Positions 13,574-27,560 of a DNA stretch of 64,000 nucleotides are shown here, one piece after another. Made by a program: the position numbers and the translations under genes. The stretch spans positions 14,128,124-14,192,123 of the forward strand of contig CM119265.1 in the NCBI GenBank assembly GCA_051294375.1, given 5' to 3'. Each line of letters starts with the position of its first letter. Within the stretch, counting starts at the first letter, position 1. The DNA is from Paraspadella gotoi (lineage: Eukaryota; Animalia; Chaetognatha). The notes under the pieces are model-generated. The model did no database searches. It was not told where the DNA came from and worked only from the letters and a program-made list of their open reading frames with translations.

Positions 13574-15674
13574 AATTCTCATAAACACAGAAAAGAGCAA
13601 TAAACGGGAAACAAGGAAAAATAACAAAAATATGAGGGGAATGACCAGCGGGTGCTCTGCTGCCGGGAGATGAATAGAGGAGAAAGAAGAAAAAATGGGG
13701 ATGGAAGAGGGAGGCAAACAGTGTGCTGAAAATAAGAAAACGAGAGAGAGAGATAGAGAGAGACGGACAGAGAGACAGAGACTGAGAGAGCGAGAAGAAA
13801 GTCGAAAATTTGGTCAATTACTGAATATTGAAGCAGAGAGAGGGGAATACGAAATTGGACAAAGAAAAACATTTTTTTTTGTTTTTCTTTTTTTTTCCTT
13901 CGTCAGCAAGATGTTTGCGTGATTGTAATTTCTTTCTAGTTATTGGGTTTTTTTTTTAAATATTACTAAAGTCAAATAGTTAAATATATATGTCTCGATC
14001 GACTCTCTCATGTTTTCACGAAAATTTTTTTTAAAAAAAATTTGTGAAAAGGTAAAAAAAAAGAACAATCATCCGTTCACAAAAGAAAGAAAAAAAAACC
14101 CCGGATGTAAATGAAAAAAGGCTGAAATTTTACATCCCGGGTCCTCGATCCTCGACAAACCGAGGAAAGAATTTCAAATAGGATTTCGATTCAAGATTGA
14201 ACAGCTTTTGAAATTTTAATGATTTTCCATCTTGAGCTCATTCGGTTCGCCCCTCTTTTTCCCCCTTTATCGCCTTGCCCCTTCACGCCGACTTTTTTTT
14301 TCCGTTCCTCACTTCTTGACACACACTTTTTTTCTCTTTTCTCTTTCTCTCTTCCTTATTTTCTATATCCTCCCTTTTTAACACACAATTTTTTCTCTTT
14401 TCTCTTTTTCTCTTCCTTATTTTTTATATTCACCCTTTCATCCTTGCTACTCTTCTCTTTTTCTCCCCGACTTCGACCGCACAAATGATGCTCCTCGCCA
14501 ATAAACCTTTTTTTTTTCGTTCCTTGAATTCTTGCCAGTTAACCCCCCCCCCCTTCCTGTCCTCCCCCGACTCGATCTCTCCTTCGCTCCCTCTGTAATT
14601 TCTTCATTCCCTTATTCCGTTATTCCCTTCCCCGATTTTCCCATCAAATTTTTACAGTAGTTCTTTTTTAGTTTTTAAGTTAGAAATAAAAAAGTTTGAG
14701 CACATCACTTTTTTTATCACAATCTTTTTTTTTTCCGTGGGATGGACAATAAATTTTTTTTTGAAACTGCGGAAACTCAAGCAAAATTAAATTAAAAGTT
14801 TTTTCTTTAATTTAATCTTTAATTTTTTCAAGAATCGATTTTCAAGACGAAAGGCTCTGAAGACTGTACTAACAACAGCTGTACTATTAACTGCTGTACG
14901 AACAACAACTGAACAGAACCTTGCATAAGATACGACAATACGTTAATCCATCCTCACATTCATGTCTTTGTTCTAACGTTTGTTATACAGCTTGAGTTCA
15001 TCGTATGTTTGTTGTAATAATGCATTTAAAATTTCGAAGCAGCAGAAGGTTATTAACACATGTATATTAGAAAATCTCCACAAAGAAGAACGGGGCGAAA
15101 TCGAGCGAGACAAAGAATAAGAAGAAATAAAAGAAGAAGCAGAAGAGGAAATACAGAGTCAGAGAATACGAGAGACGAAGACGGAAAAGCGTAGAGGTTT
15201 ATAACCCAATGAGCGTCACGTAAATAACCATCACCGGTAGATGGAGGGCGAAAGAAAAGAGCAAAGGTTTAATTCCGAAAGGCCCGATCCTTCGTTCAAA
15301 GATCTTGATCGCAACTCCAAGAGAGAAAGAGGAAAAAAATCCGAAACTTGATCAGTTTTCCAAGGTTGAACGTTAAGTTGTAACTCCATCTTGCGGGGAA
15401 AATCAAAGTTAATTTATGCAGTGTATATTCATTTGTTTAAATTGGTGAGTGGTGAAATAGCGAGTGGTGACTGGTGACTACGTATTCAATGTGTAATAAT
15501 GGAATACGAGTGAGGTTATATTTTCAGACGGCCTGTCTTTTTTCTTGTGTGACATTATTTCTCTTTTTTTCTTTCTTTCTTTCTTTCTTTCTTTCTTTTC
15601 TTTCTTTCTTTCTTTTTCTTTCTTTCTTTCTTTTTTTTCTTTCTTTCTTCTTTCTATTTTACTTTCTTATCTTA

Positions 15675-15739
<65 letters not shown>

Positions 15740-15755
15740 CTCTCTTCTCTTCTCT

Positions 15756-15793
<38 letters not shown>

Positions 15794-16603
15794 CTTCTCT
15801 CTCTCTCTCTCTCTCTCCCTCTCCCTTCCTTATCCCTTTTCTCCTCGACTCAGAATTATTTTTTCATCTCCCGTCCGCGGACCAACGGATTTCGCCTCCG
15901 GCGATTAAATTTTCACGAACTCGAGACGAAAGAGAAAGAAGGAAAAATATTTTAAAAATGAATGTATGTTTTTCGACGGGCGGCCGCCGCCGCTGCGCCG
16001 ACGCGCCGCCGCTGTGGCTTTGGCGGTCTTAAATCGAATTCGGTTCCAACAGAATAACTCGACAAATCGTTCACAAAAAATGGAGCTCGGGGATTGAGTA
16101 GAGAGTAGGAGGAGAGCAGTGAGTCTTGGGACGAGGGATGGGATCCCCTCTATCCAGTATGAGGGAGATGGAGCTGGTGAACTGTGATTCCGCGGATTCG
16201 AAATTGGGTTTTGGGAAGGAAGGAGCCTTTCTCGCCACGGCGGGAGGGCGATGGACGAATGAAAAACGGGTTCCCTTTTTCCTCTCGGAAGTGAAGGGTG
16301 GAATCGGAAACAATTGATTCCGGCGCCGAGTTTGATCCAGTTTCGCGGCGCCAACCGGCGATAAGAATCGAGAACCGTGCGAGGAACGCCAGGAGACGGC
16401 GCCGTGCACGCGCTCACACGCGGTCTTTCGCACGCGGATTTGAAATAACGCTTCAGCGACTGAAGATTGCCGTTCAGGGCCAAAAAATAAAAGATAAATC
16501 CCCTCGAATGGAGTCGTTTTATTGGTGGCATTGAACGAACGTGCCCCGTGCGAACGTGCACGGTCGAGCGCGTCCGGTCGCACGCTCCAGTTCGAACGCC
16601 CGT

Positions 16604-16644
<41 letters not shown>

Positions 16645-17978
16645 CTCTCTCTCTCTCGATCTCTCTTCGTTCCCTCGAGTCGAAGAAAATTCAAACAAAC
16701 GGTTTGTTCTCGGGCGACGCTACGTCACGCACGCATGATTTTTAACCCGCGTTAGTGTAAGAAAAGAAAACGGATAGCGGAAAGTTGAAGCACGTTTCAT
16801 GGATACGAGAAAGCTATGAGATCTGTTCGGAATCAACCGAGTCGGATCAAGGTTGTTTGTGTATTATACGAAATCCATACTTAATAATAATAATAAAAAA
16901 AATCGCGTTGCTTCATGTTGTTTTATGAATGATTCATAAATGGAGGAATCAAATCGAGGTCGTGACGGGGAAGAAGGAGGGAGGCGAAGAAAGTTTCAAA
17001 CCGGGGAAGAATCGTGGTGGAAATTTATTCAAATATTGAAATTGGAAAGATATCTCAAATAAAATATGGAAAGGAAAGGAAAGGGCGGATGACGATTAGT
17101 GAGGGAGTGAGTGAGTGAGTAAGCGAGGAGAGAGTGAGGGAGGGAGTGGAGAGAGAGCGAGAGAGAGAGAGAGAGAGAGAATTTCTAGTAGAAGCGATCC
17201 CGCTGCTTGCAAAACGATTTTTTGTGATTTTTCGAGTTTAAAAATATAAGTTTTTTTCTCAAATTTCCCGAATTAGATCCCAAATCATTTCTTAAAAATC
17301 CTTGAGGCGAGACTTCGAGCCTCTCAGTCCTGAATTTGACTTAGAATATAAACCAGCGATTCTTCGAAGATTTGAGTCCAACATTTTCATCGCTAACTCT
17401 TTTTCCATGTGGAACATAACGAGAAGACCCTTAATTAATAAAAAAAAAAAGCCGGCAATTAAAATTTTCCCCCTTTTAATTGGTCATTGATTCAATAAAT
17501 GGCAGCCGAAACAGTTGGAGCGGCGAAACTACTGCTCGAGTAGAACTCATAATCGATTTTCGCAATATAAATGAGTTTTGCACTAGACGAAGCTGCCGGT
17601 TGAATAAGTTAAAAATAAATAGCAGTCATTAAACTGGCTAGGAGAACCGCAAAAACATTTCGAAATAAAAAATAAAATTGTGAAAAAAACTACCTTTCAA
17701 GCTGCGCGTAATCAGTGAGGAGGCGCGTGAGATGTCACGTGATCGTTAAAAAATTCTTTTCACGAAACTCTCTCGTCCTCCAACGTCACATAATCAGTGA
17801 GGAGACGGAAGAGTGAAGAGATTTTCACCAGAATCACTTTCTCGCCTTCGAACCTGACTCGACCTTCCAAGTTCTTCACGTCCGCCTCGATCCTTTGCTT
17901 TATCTCAGCGAACAAACATGAGGCCCTGGAAGATTCGCTCCGAGTTTTAATTAAAAAAAAGGCGCAAAAAACAAAATG

Positions 17979-18092
<114 letters not shown>

Positions 18093-18443
18093 AACTACTT
18101 CAAGTTACCTACATAATATTTGTCTAATGTTTTCTTAAATCGACACCAACGAACGTCGTCCTCCATCTGCAATTTCCACCCTAAGCCTCACCTTTTTCTT
18201 CCCCACCTTTCTCCCTCACTTCCCGCCCACTCCTTCTGAACCCCGCCTCCTCGTTCCTCCTCTTCCCTTCCCTCTTCCCGTCCACTGGCCAGAATTACTG
18301 AATCCCCATTTTTTCCGCGAAGAAGTTGCGGAGTTATGAGGCAATATTCTCTTTAAGGGGTCGAAGGTCGGATCTCATCTCCTTCGCCCCGGGAACACCG
18401 CGATAGGGACCCACTAGGGTGTAACCCATCCGGGGGGGGAACT

Positions 18444-18536
<93 letters not shown>

Positions 18537-18863
18537 CGGACTCGGTTTTGGGTTTCTCCCCAGGGAGGATGTCCCGAATGAAAGGAGAGCAATTTTCCTC
18601 GTTGCTCCGTTGAATTTTCCTCACCCAACCCCCCAGCGGAGTCATGCCCTCACCCTTCGCTTTTCCTAGACTTTCCTTCTCTTCCTCACCCGCTCATCTC
18701 GTTCTCCGCGAACCCGTTCCGCTCCGACTCACCCGAGGCCCTGACCCGCAAGGATCCTCACCTAGTTTTTCGCTCCCTTCACTGGGCGAGAGAAATGATT
18801 CAATGCAAACAAACGGATGACTTCTAAACGATATCTCTCTCTCTCTCTCTGTGTGTGTCTGTA

Positions 18864-18930
<67 letters not shown>

Positions 18931-20415
18931 CCCACAATCACACACAAACACACACACTGACTTGCCCACACTCGTATTTTTGACTCAATTTAAAATAGAA
19001 GTGAAAGTGAAGTAAAAGTGAAGAGAAAAGAGACGTTGTCCAACGACGACGACTATGACGACGACGAGAACGATGACGATGACGACGATAAAAAAAATGA
19101 ATGATCTCAAGGACGACGACAAAAACGTTTGCAAAATCCAAGGATGTGAACCGTTAGGATGTTCTTTCATCAGCTAGTTTATGATAGTCTACGTCTTTTG
19201 TACGCATTTTATTCGTTTACAACAACTTTTTGAAACGGTACATACAACATGGGATTCGCGAAAAATATACGTAAATACCAATTAAGGACGGGACTGAACA
19301 AACGAATGTCATTGACTCGGTTGGCGACGACACTCTCAATGGAAAGAGAATGATTTTAAAGCCAATGATATCCTACTACCCAAAGTTGGAAGAGTCTATG
19401 AATGTACTAGAGTCAGAATTTATCAAGTAAGCTATTATCTATAATTAATAATACTTAATATTAAAGTTTTAGTTTACAATCCGAACGGTAAGATTTTTAA
19501 TTGTTTACAAACAACAATTTTTATTTAAAAAGAAAACAGACATGTTTCGGCAGAGTTGTGAAAAAAAAGAAGAAACAACACAAAGTCTACAATCGCAAAT
19601 TGAGACATGAACAATCACGCCCACAGTCAAAACCCGTTCCATCTCACACTCACACTCACACAGAATCGCATCGTCCGCCATCGAAAATCCATGAGCGGAC
19701 GTCGACGTTGATGACTCGAAGGATTTTCCCTTCGGTTGGCCGATTACGATCTGAGTAAACTTCCCCATTTGTTTCCGATGAAAAAAAAAAAAAAGAAAAG
19801 AAAGGAAGAGAGAAGAAAGGAAGGAAGGATGAACGGATTGAATAGGGAAGAAGTAGTATTAGGAAAATCTGGAACACGGGCGGTTATGAATAAAACTTAA
19901 AAGGAAATAAAAGGAATAACAAAAAAGAAAATGTGGATTCCAGAGGGAAAATGAAAAAAGATTAGAAAGAAAGCCCGAGATAAGTCAAGGGGGGAAAAAA
20001 AAGAAGGTTAAAAACGAGGAAAGTAAAGAGGAAGAAAGGAAGATGACATAAACGAAAAGGCGGGAAAAAAAATCCCGCGGAGTCAGCGTCTTTTCCGGAT
20101 CTCGGTTTCCTCCTTTGTAGTCTCTATCTTCGTCGTCGTCGTCGTCGTCGTTGTCATCCCTATCGTCGTCCATAATTGGTCTCCCGACGTCGTCGCTGTT
20201 TTCTTTTGTCTCGCTTACGCTCAATCGGCCACACGTCGTCGTCATCGTCGTCATCATCGTCATCGACGTTGCCCAGATTTTCCTTGAGTCGACGTTTTTC
20301 TCATTTCCGTTTCCGTCGTCTTCTCCGACATTCTCTCCCATCTTGTATTTGTTTTATCTTCGAGTCTCCATCCGTCTTCGTTGCGCCGGAGTCGATGATG
20401 CAGGTGAATATCGTT

Positions 20416-20686
20416 CTTGTGGCGGTATATTCACACCGCCTCACGTCCACCATCGTTCAGCCAAATCCATTGGCTCAGAGGGGGAACACACCATCCCAGG
20501 CTTAGTGTTCCATCCACACTGTGGATTCCACAGTCCTCACGACTTCCCTCTGCGTTGGCAAAGCGAGACCGTCCTCGGGTAACCGCGCCAGTGGCTGGAG
20601 GCGTCACTGAGGGTCGGAAGCCTCCAAAGCCAACAGTGAGATGCCCCATCCCAATGGGCATCACAGGCAACCCGGCTGTTGCCATA
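20416..20686. repeat. GC-rich ~270-bp dispersed repeat, copy 1 (SINE or LINE-5'UTR-like)
   Basis: Same-orientation copy at 34957-35213; by hand, 16 substitutions plus one 14-nt indel, with sharp shared boundaries (CTTGTGGCGG...GTTGCCATA). Confidence 0.9.
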
Positions 20687-21222
20687 TTCTCTTCGTTGTT
20701 TCACTTTCCTTTTCGTGATATTAATCACGGAAGTCTCGATCTTCGTCAAGTGGCCTTCTCGCTCTCTCGGCGAATCACGGACCAGAAACGAGACTCAAGC
20801 GAGCTATCAGCAACTGTTAGTCTTAAGTATTGGGCGACGCATCCAATCAATCGGCGACGTCCATTCAATTCAAACTCCCGTTCAAAATCACTCAAAATCC
20901 TCAATCGATTTTTTTCAAATTCTCTTCCTAAAATTTTGATTCCGCCGACTTCGATAAAACTCAACTGACATAAAACTTCACTCAACCATCTCGCTCTCTA
21001 TCGTCGCGGCTCTGATTTTTCCTTCCGCAGAAACGAAAAGACTCAATTATCGGAAAATTCCTCGTCGTCGGAATGTGACTCGAGGTCGATTGCGGTGAGA
21101 ATCACGATCCACGTGAGTCGACGTGATGGCGCGGTTGTTGTTGTTGTCAGTTACAGTCAGGAAGCTGAGGAATTTGATCGTCACGACTGCAGATTAGGGA
21201 ATTTTGAGATTAGTCAGTCAGT

Positions 21223-21311
<89 letters not shown>

Positions 21312-23595
21312 GTGAAGCAGTGTAAAAGGACTTACCCCTTTTCTGCACCCATTACAAAGATCGAAAGTACACAGGTGGATGGATGGCGAAGCAATGGTAA
21401 ACTAATAACCAGCGATTTCGGGATGTGCATTGATGAAAAGCGGATCGCGAAACTAGTAAGTAAGATGTCGTATATGGAGCTGTGGCGTGCAGTGGCGTAA
21501 AAAAACGAGACACGTGGGGTGATATTGTGTGGGGGGGGAGAGACGAGGCCCTGAGGGCCAGAGGCAGAGAAGACAGAGGTCGATGTTTAAGACTGGGCGC
21601 GAGACGAGGGGGCGGTGTCGGGGCGGGGAGACGAGGCTGCAAGGGGTGTGTCGAGCCTAAGATTCGCCTTCTGGTTCCGGCGACCTTTCGACCAGGACTG
21701 ATTGGCGGTGACCTCAGTGACTCCTTGAAACTGACTGATTGCATACGACCCCAATGACATCTCGAACTGATTAGTGATCACCTGCCAGGAAGTTAGCTTG
21801 ACCAGCCAAATTGAATGTCATGGAATTTTTACTTTTAAACTTCGAAGTCATGATTTCGTGGGATTTAAATGAATTCATAACGACGTTGATTTTTGCGTTT
21901 TTAGCTAAATAATTGTGACAATTAAAACGATCTCAACATATTACGTGTCCCATTTATATTCACAATTTGAATTTATATTCACTGAACTACTTTTCGGTAT
22001 CCGGTCGGTTGATCCCTAATCAGCAAAAAAAAATGACCGTGACGCCCGAACAATTCGCTGTCCGTCCGTCCGTCCGTCCGTCTGTCCCCTTTTGGAATTT
22101 GGTCATCCGTTCATTCCGCCCACCTCGTCTCACCTCGGGTCATCTCGGGTCGAGGGGAACCTCATCCTTCGTCCCCGATTCAATCGTGTTCGTTGACCCG
22201 ATTTTTTACCACTGAATTTTTTGTCTTTTCGCGTCGTTTTTTTTTTTCTGTTCCGCTCGTCTTCCATTTCTTTTTCTCTTTTTCTCGAAACTTTTCTTTC
22301 CGCATTTTTTTCTTTCACGCTCGTCGCCCGTCCTTTTTCCTCGTTGAAGTATCCGCGTCCATTTTCTATTAGTTTTAAGGACCAAAAAGCGATTGGGGTT
22401 TTTAGTCCGCTCCCCCTAAAAAATAATGGTTTTCAAAAAAAAATAAACACTAGAAACGACAAGCTTAGACTGGGGCGACTTATTTAAACTGAAAAAAGAC
22501 GAAGAGATAGAAATGAGATTTTATCGATGAAAGAGAAGACAATTAATAATCAAAGTTAAAAGGGTAGAAAAATGTTAGTTAAAAGCGTCGTGAACGAACA
22601 ATTCATGAAACGAAATTAAGTCACGTTCTTGTAAAACAACAACGATACCGGAGATCGAGATTCGAGGTCCCAAACCTTTCCTTCCTTCCCCGCAAATGCT
22701 GTTCTCGACCCGAACCTCATTCCCAGACTCTCGTCTCGTCAGACGCGGCCCCATTTCCCAACTTCCGGTCTCCCCTCTCCCGTTTCGCTTTCCCGTCATG
22801 TCCTCCATTTCCGGTTTTGGATTTCTGCCTCCAATTTTTTTTTTTTCGGGCGAGTTAAAAGGGGAGAGAGAGAGGGATGGGATGGTGGAGCCAGAAAAGA
22901 TCCGGTGAGGTAAGAAACCAATTTTCTGGGTTTTCCTTTTTTGGCAAGAAATTGCGGGATTTAAAAAAAAGTGAGGAGGTACATACAATGAAACACTTAC
23001 GCAGTATATTCAATTTATTCATAGCTAAGATAAGTAGAGAAGAAAATTGGCAACGTTGCTCGTTTGTTTTTTCTTGTTTTGTTTTTTTTTCCCCGCGATA
23101 GTTAGATTACCATTGATTTCCTTGGGCTTTCGGCCACGAAGCAGCTATTAACGACGTCGACCTCACGGCTCGACCCTTTTTCGTCCAGGGGCCGGGATTC
23201 GCACGAGCGGAGAAAGAGATAAGTGGAAGAAGGGAGGCGCGCGGGGGGAAGAGAAGAAAGAGTGCAACGGTATCACTGCGCAACTCTGAGGAAGAGAAGT
23301 GTCCGTCTGGCAGCAGAACAATGGGACCATGGGAACTGAGAAGGAATCGCTCGTCGGATACAGTTTCTAGATTGACTAATTTTGCAGCTCGTCGTCGACG
23401 ATCCATTCCATCTTCGCTGGCGCCCAGACTCGTCCTCCCCCTCAAATCTCATTTCAACGCTAAGGCCCCCAAAGGACTTTCATCCTCGGCTCGACGGAAT
23501 TGGCTCCGTCGCAATTCTCCGCTCCCTTTTCTTTTCTTCTCCCCCGGGCCCGTCGTCGAAACGCGGCTCGGCGTCGGGAGAGAGAGAGAGAGAAG

Positions 23596-23664
<69 letters not shown>

Positions 23665-23729
23665 AGGGGCTTTGGTTGTTGTTGTCGTCATTGCAAAGAG
23701 ACAACGACCAGGGAGAGCATTTTCTGCCT

Positions 23730-23796
<67 letters not shown>

Positions 23797-25139
23797 AGGT
23801 GAGAGAGAGAGAGAGAGAGAGACAAACAGAGAACGGTGTACAAAAATTCGTAGAAAGGTGGGTCAAAAACGTCGTACTTTACCGATTAATCAAAAATTTT
23901 TAGAATGGATGGTTACTGGTTAGGTTGCGTGGAATCAGTGGTGGAAATGACAGCTTGACGTCTGACATTGAAAGAGGCTTGCAAGAGTTTTGAAGTTTTT
24001 GTATTTTTTAACGCCCATTTCTGTCATTAAACCCGAAAATTTCAAGATTTAAAAATTTTAACTGAAAATCAGCACAGCAACAAATTTCAATTAATCATAA
24101 TCATCATCGCAAGCATTACCATCGTAGACATATACCGAAATAATCCACATGAGTGACGTAAATCATCCAACAGACATTTACTAAACGGCCGGACACAGTT
24201 ATTTCGTCCCGTTTGTACCATCAAAAAGAAAAAAAAAGATGACACTGCAATATCGGCAACGAGCAACCAACAGACGTGGCCCATCATTCCCTTACCTTTT
24301 TGTGCAAGCGAAGCGAGTTTTAATGGTTCACTGTTGCGAAGAAAAAGCGAGAAACGATAAAATTTATCGAAAAGATTTCGTTGCTGTTTCTGGCCACCTC
24401 GATCGCTGACGTCGTTCTTCTTCGGAGAATTTTCTTTTTCGTTCTAGCGGAAATACTAGCGACAGTGCAGAAGGTGCAATGTTCGGTATATCTCGCGGGA
24501 TGGGATTATACAGCGTTGATATTTGAAGAAAGCGGAAAGAATTTCATCGTAAAGAAAGAATTCCTGTTGACACGAGATGCAACAATGACGAATGGCTGCT
24601 GCGGATTGTTTATGCTGATGATGGAGGAGTCTCCGCCGCGGCTGACGCGTCTCCTGGCCTTGCCGCCGCTGACGCCCGATCCCGGTGACTACAGCGCCAG
24701 AGACCGCGAGGGAAGACGTTCCTGCTAGAAAGGACATCGGCATTTAGGGTTACGTGCGCGTCATCGGCTTCGCGAAAGAAATGGAAAGGGCCGTTAGACC
24801 CCGCCCTCGGCTCGATATATCTCGCTCGACCCTATGGGTTTTCAAATTCATTAATCTACTTCCCACATTTCGCGCCCTACCGCCCCGAGCTCCCAGTCAC
24901 GCCCCCTCCATCCCCTCAAACGGGTTTTCTTGCCTTGTTCTTTCTCTATCCAGATGCTCCAACCGCTGCCGCGTTTTCCGCCTCAGCCGCGGCAACTGTC
25001 GTTGCCTCGACTCCCGCTGACAGGGCGCCCAGCGTCGACATGCGTTCACCAGCGTTTTTTCTTTCTCTCTTCGTCTAGGCAGCGGCGTGCCGCCAGATCT
25101 CTTTTTTCTTTTTCTCTCTCTCTCGCTGCCACCTCCCCC

Positions 25140-25490
25140 GTCGCCGCGCCGGAAGTCGCTCCCGCGGCGCCAAGTAAACGCTGACGCTCTCCTCTGTCTC
25201 TCAGCCTCCGGATGACGAAGCGACGGACACTGCCGAGCCAATAGGAAGAATCCTTTCCAAAGCTGGCGGGTTTATTGGTTGGTGGGATTATGAGCTCCGC
25301 TAGGGCGTCATTGAGCCGGGACCAATCGCAGCTTGGAAATCAAGCTTCGGAATTCGACCAATCAGAGCCACGAACAGTAAGAGAATCTCCTTTCCAAGTA
25401 AAGAAAGAGTAGGGAGGAATGGCGGTCCAATCAGGAGACGATTCAGCGACAAACGAGGAACAGAAGCGAATGACGTCACGCGTTGGTCGA
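25140..25490. promoter_or_regulatory. CpG-rich promoter with clustered CCAAT boxes, CRE and ETS site
   Basis: CCAAT at 25238, 25322, 25358 and 25427, ATTGG at 25274, TGACGTCA at 25471, CCGGAAGT at ~25149. A minus-strand donor AAG|GTAAGG at 24296 suggests leftward transcription. Confidence 0.7.
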
Positions 25491-26051
25491 AACTGACGGG
25501 AGTCGATGATGGAGCGATCAAGCGGCCAGAATCAGCAAAAATAAAAAAGAAGATGAGAGGCTGAAAAAAAAGAACATCGAGAAGTTAGGAGTCAAGTCGG
25601 AGAGTGAATAATTAATTTGTGAGCGGATGATTAATTAGTAGAAACGAGGAATTTGAAAAAAATTGATTTCAGAAGAATTATGTCAGGAGTTGCTCAGCAC
25701 AATTATTCCAAATATTTTATGCTTTTATGTTAAATCCCTAACAATTATAAATGTTTTATCTACTTTTTATTTAAATTTAATAGTTCTTAAGAATTATTTC
25801 ATAAAAATATAATTATACTTCTTATATAAACTAAGAATGCAATAAAAAAAAATCATAATCCGCTTAAAGTTTATTTTTTGAGCTTTACTAAAATCGGATA
25901 TTTCCCAAAATGTAAGTTTTACCTTGATATTATAAGAAGAAAAAAATAGATAAGTTGTTGGCTTGAGATTGCTAGGGTGGATGAGGAGATAAAAATTGAT
26001 AATATAATTTGTTAAGGTGGTTGCGGAAATTGAAAAAACGCGTCGGTCGAG

Positions 26052-27041
26052 TTAATTTTTTCTTGGTTTCTGTTTGATGTCGACATCTTGCGTCTCAGCC
26101 GCTTCTGCGAAATAAAATAATAAACATAATTAAATAAAATTAAACTATATTAAACGTAAAAAATAAAATAAATTTAGGCCTTTCATTTGTATGATTATTT
26201 AATAATATTTATCGAATCAACTGACTAAAAATACTTCAATGTTTTTTTGCTTGTATGCATTTTTTTAATGATAAATAGTAAAAAAAAAAAAGATGAGTTT
26301 TTGAATTATCAGCAATCACGTAACGTCAGTTTTTACACATTCCCTTAATGAGAAAAATAATGAATTTCGGTTCGCGTTTGGAAATATGGCCAAAATTGTA
26401 TCAAAAAAAAGTTTTACCTTTAGTTATATTTTCATGATGAGATTTATTGTACCAAATTCAAAACAATTTTTTACCGAATAGTATAGCTTGTCAAAATAAT
26501 GTAATTTTTTTACGAATTTTTATTGTAAAGATTTTTAATATTAACCTTAAGCTTAAGATTAAGACTTTTCAACACCAGAAAAAAGTGAAATGTTTTGGTG
26601 ACGTATTTTAAGTTCGAAATTCAACATTCAAAACCGTAAATTTGTTTATTATTTTGGATAAGTGATTGGAAATATAAGAAATGAATAATCATTACGTAGC
26701 AAATAATATTCAAGAGAAAACTATCAACAGTGACAGTGTGGTTCATAAAATAAATATATTTCTTAATCCAACGTACCTTTTTCTGGGAGGCTGTAGTCTT
26801 CCCCGGAAATAGATCCTCTTTGTCGCTTCTCCTGGTTGGAACTATGAAACTTTTCAAGGATGGGCTGAGACATTGGTGGGAGGGAGGAGGAGGAGGAGGA
26901 GGAGGAGGAGGCGATTGAGGAGGAAGAGGGCGTGGAGGAAGAGGAGGGGCGGAAGAAGAGGACGAGCAAGAGTTGTGATAAAGGCAAGATACTGAGGCAC
27001 CTAAGAATTCTCCTTACTAGGAATCTCGCGCGACGACCCAT
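26052..27041 (-). CDS. Possible small two-exon gene (~105 aa; exons 27041-26777, 26104-26052)
   Basis: aaaaATGG start, donor AAAG|GTACGT and acceptor ttttatttcgcag are phase-1 compatible and reach TAA. The product is low complexity (hydrophobic N-terminus, poly-Ser) with no recognisable domain. Confidence 0.3.
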
Positions 27042-27560
27042 TTTTTAAGCCTCTCCAACATCTTCGTTCTCTTGCCCCGTCCTGCTATGCGATTCGTCGA
27101 CGACTTGGACATCCTGGCCAGCTATTGGTCGATTTATACGCGAAAAAAGGAGAATCGTGGGGCGCGTGAGACGATTATCGGAACGGGGCGTGGCGACGAC
27201 GAAACGCTATGCCGATTCCGACCCTCGAAGGACGAAGAGGAAGAGAAGTGAGTGGCAAACGAAAATCAAAGCCTGGGAGACCAAATTGGACAGCGATGCG
27301 TTATGTTATGATATAAAAAAACCCCGACTTCTTCGCTAGGAATTTTAAATCGTTTCGAAACATTATTCTAATACATCTACAAAACTGACAAAAAATTTGA
27401 AATTTTTTTCAAGCGTAGATGTTTGAACCTTGAGGTATTTTTAAAAATAATTTTGTCGGAGTCTTATAATTTCGAATTAGGAATAGGACCCAATATTCTA
27501 AAAAACTCTCTACCTCTTTAACTAAATACTGACTTAAAGAAATGAGTCTATTATTTTTAA

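Noticed and set aside
20431-20685. 84-aa ORF starting at the edge of the 270-bp repeat
   Set aside because: The second copy has an in-frame TAG and a 14-nt frameshift, so there is no sign of coding constraint.
21300-21500. Plus-strand frame ending MELWRAVA*, reminiscent of RTE LINE C-termini
   Set aside because: Similarity is limited to a few residues and no RT motifs are nearby.
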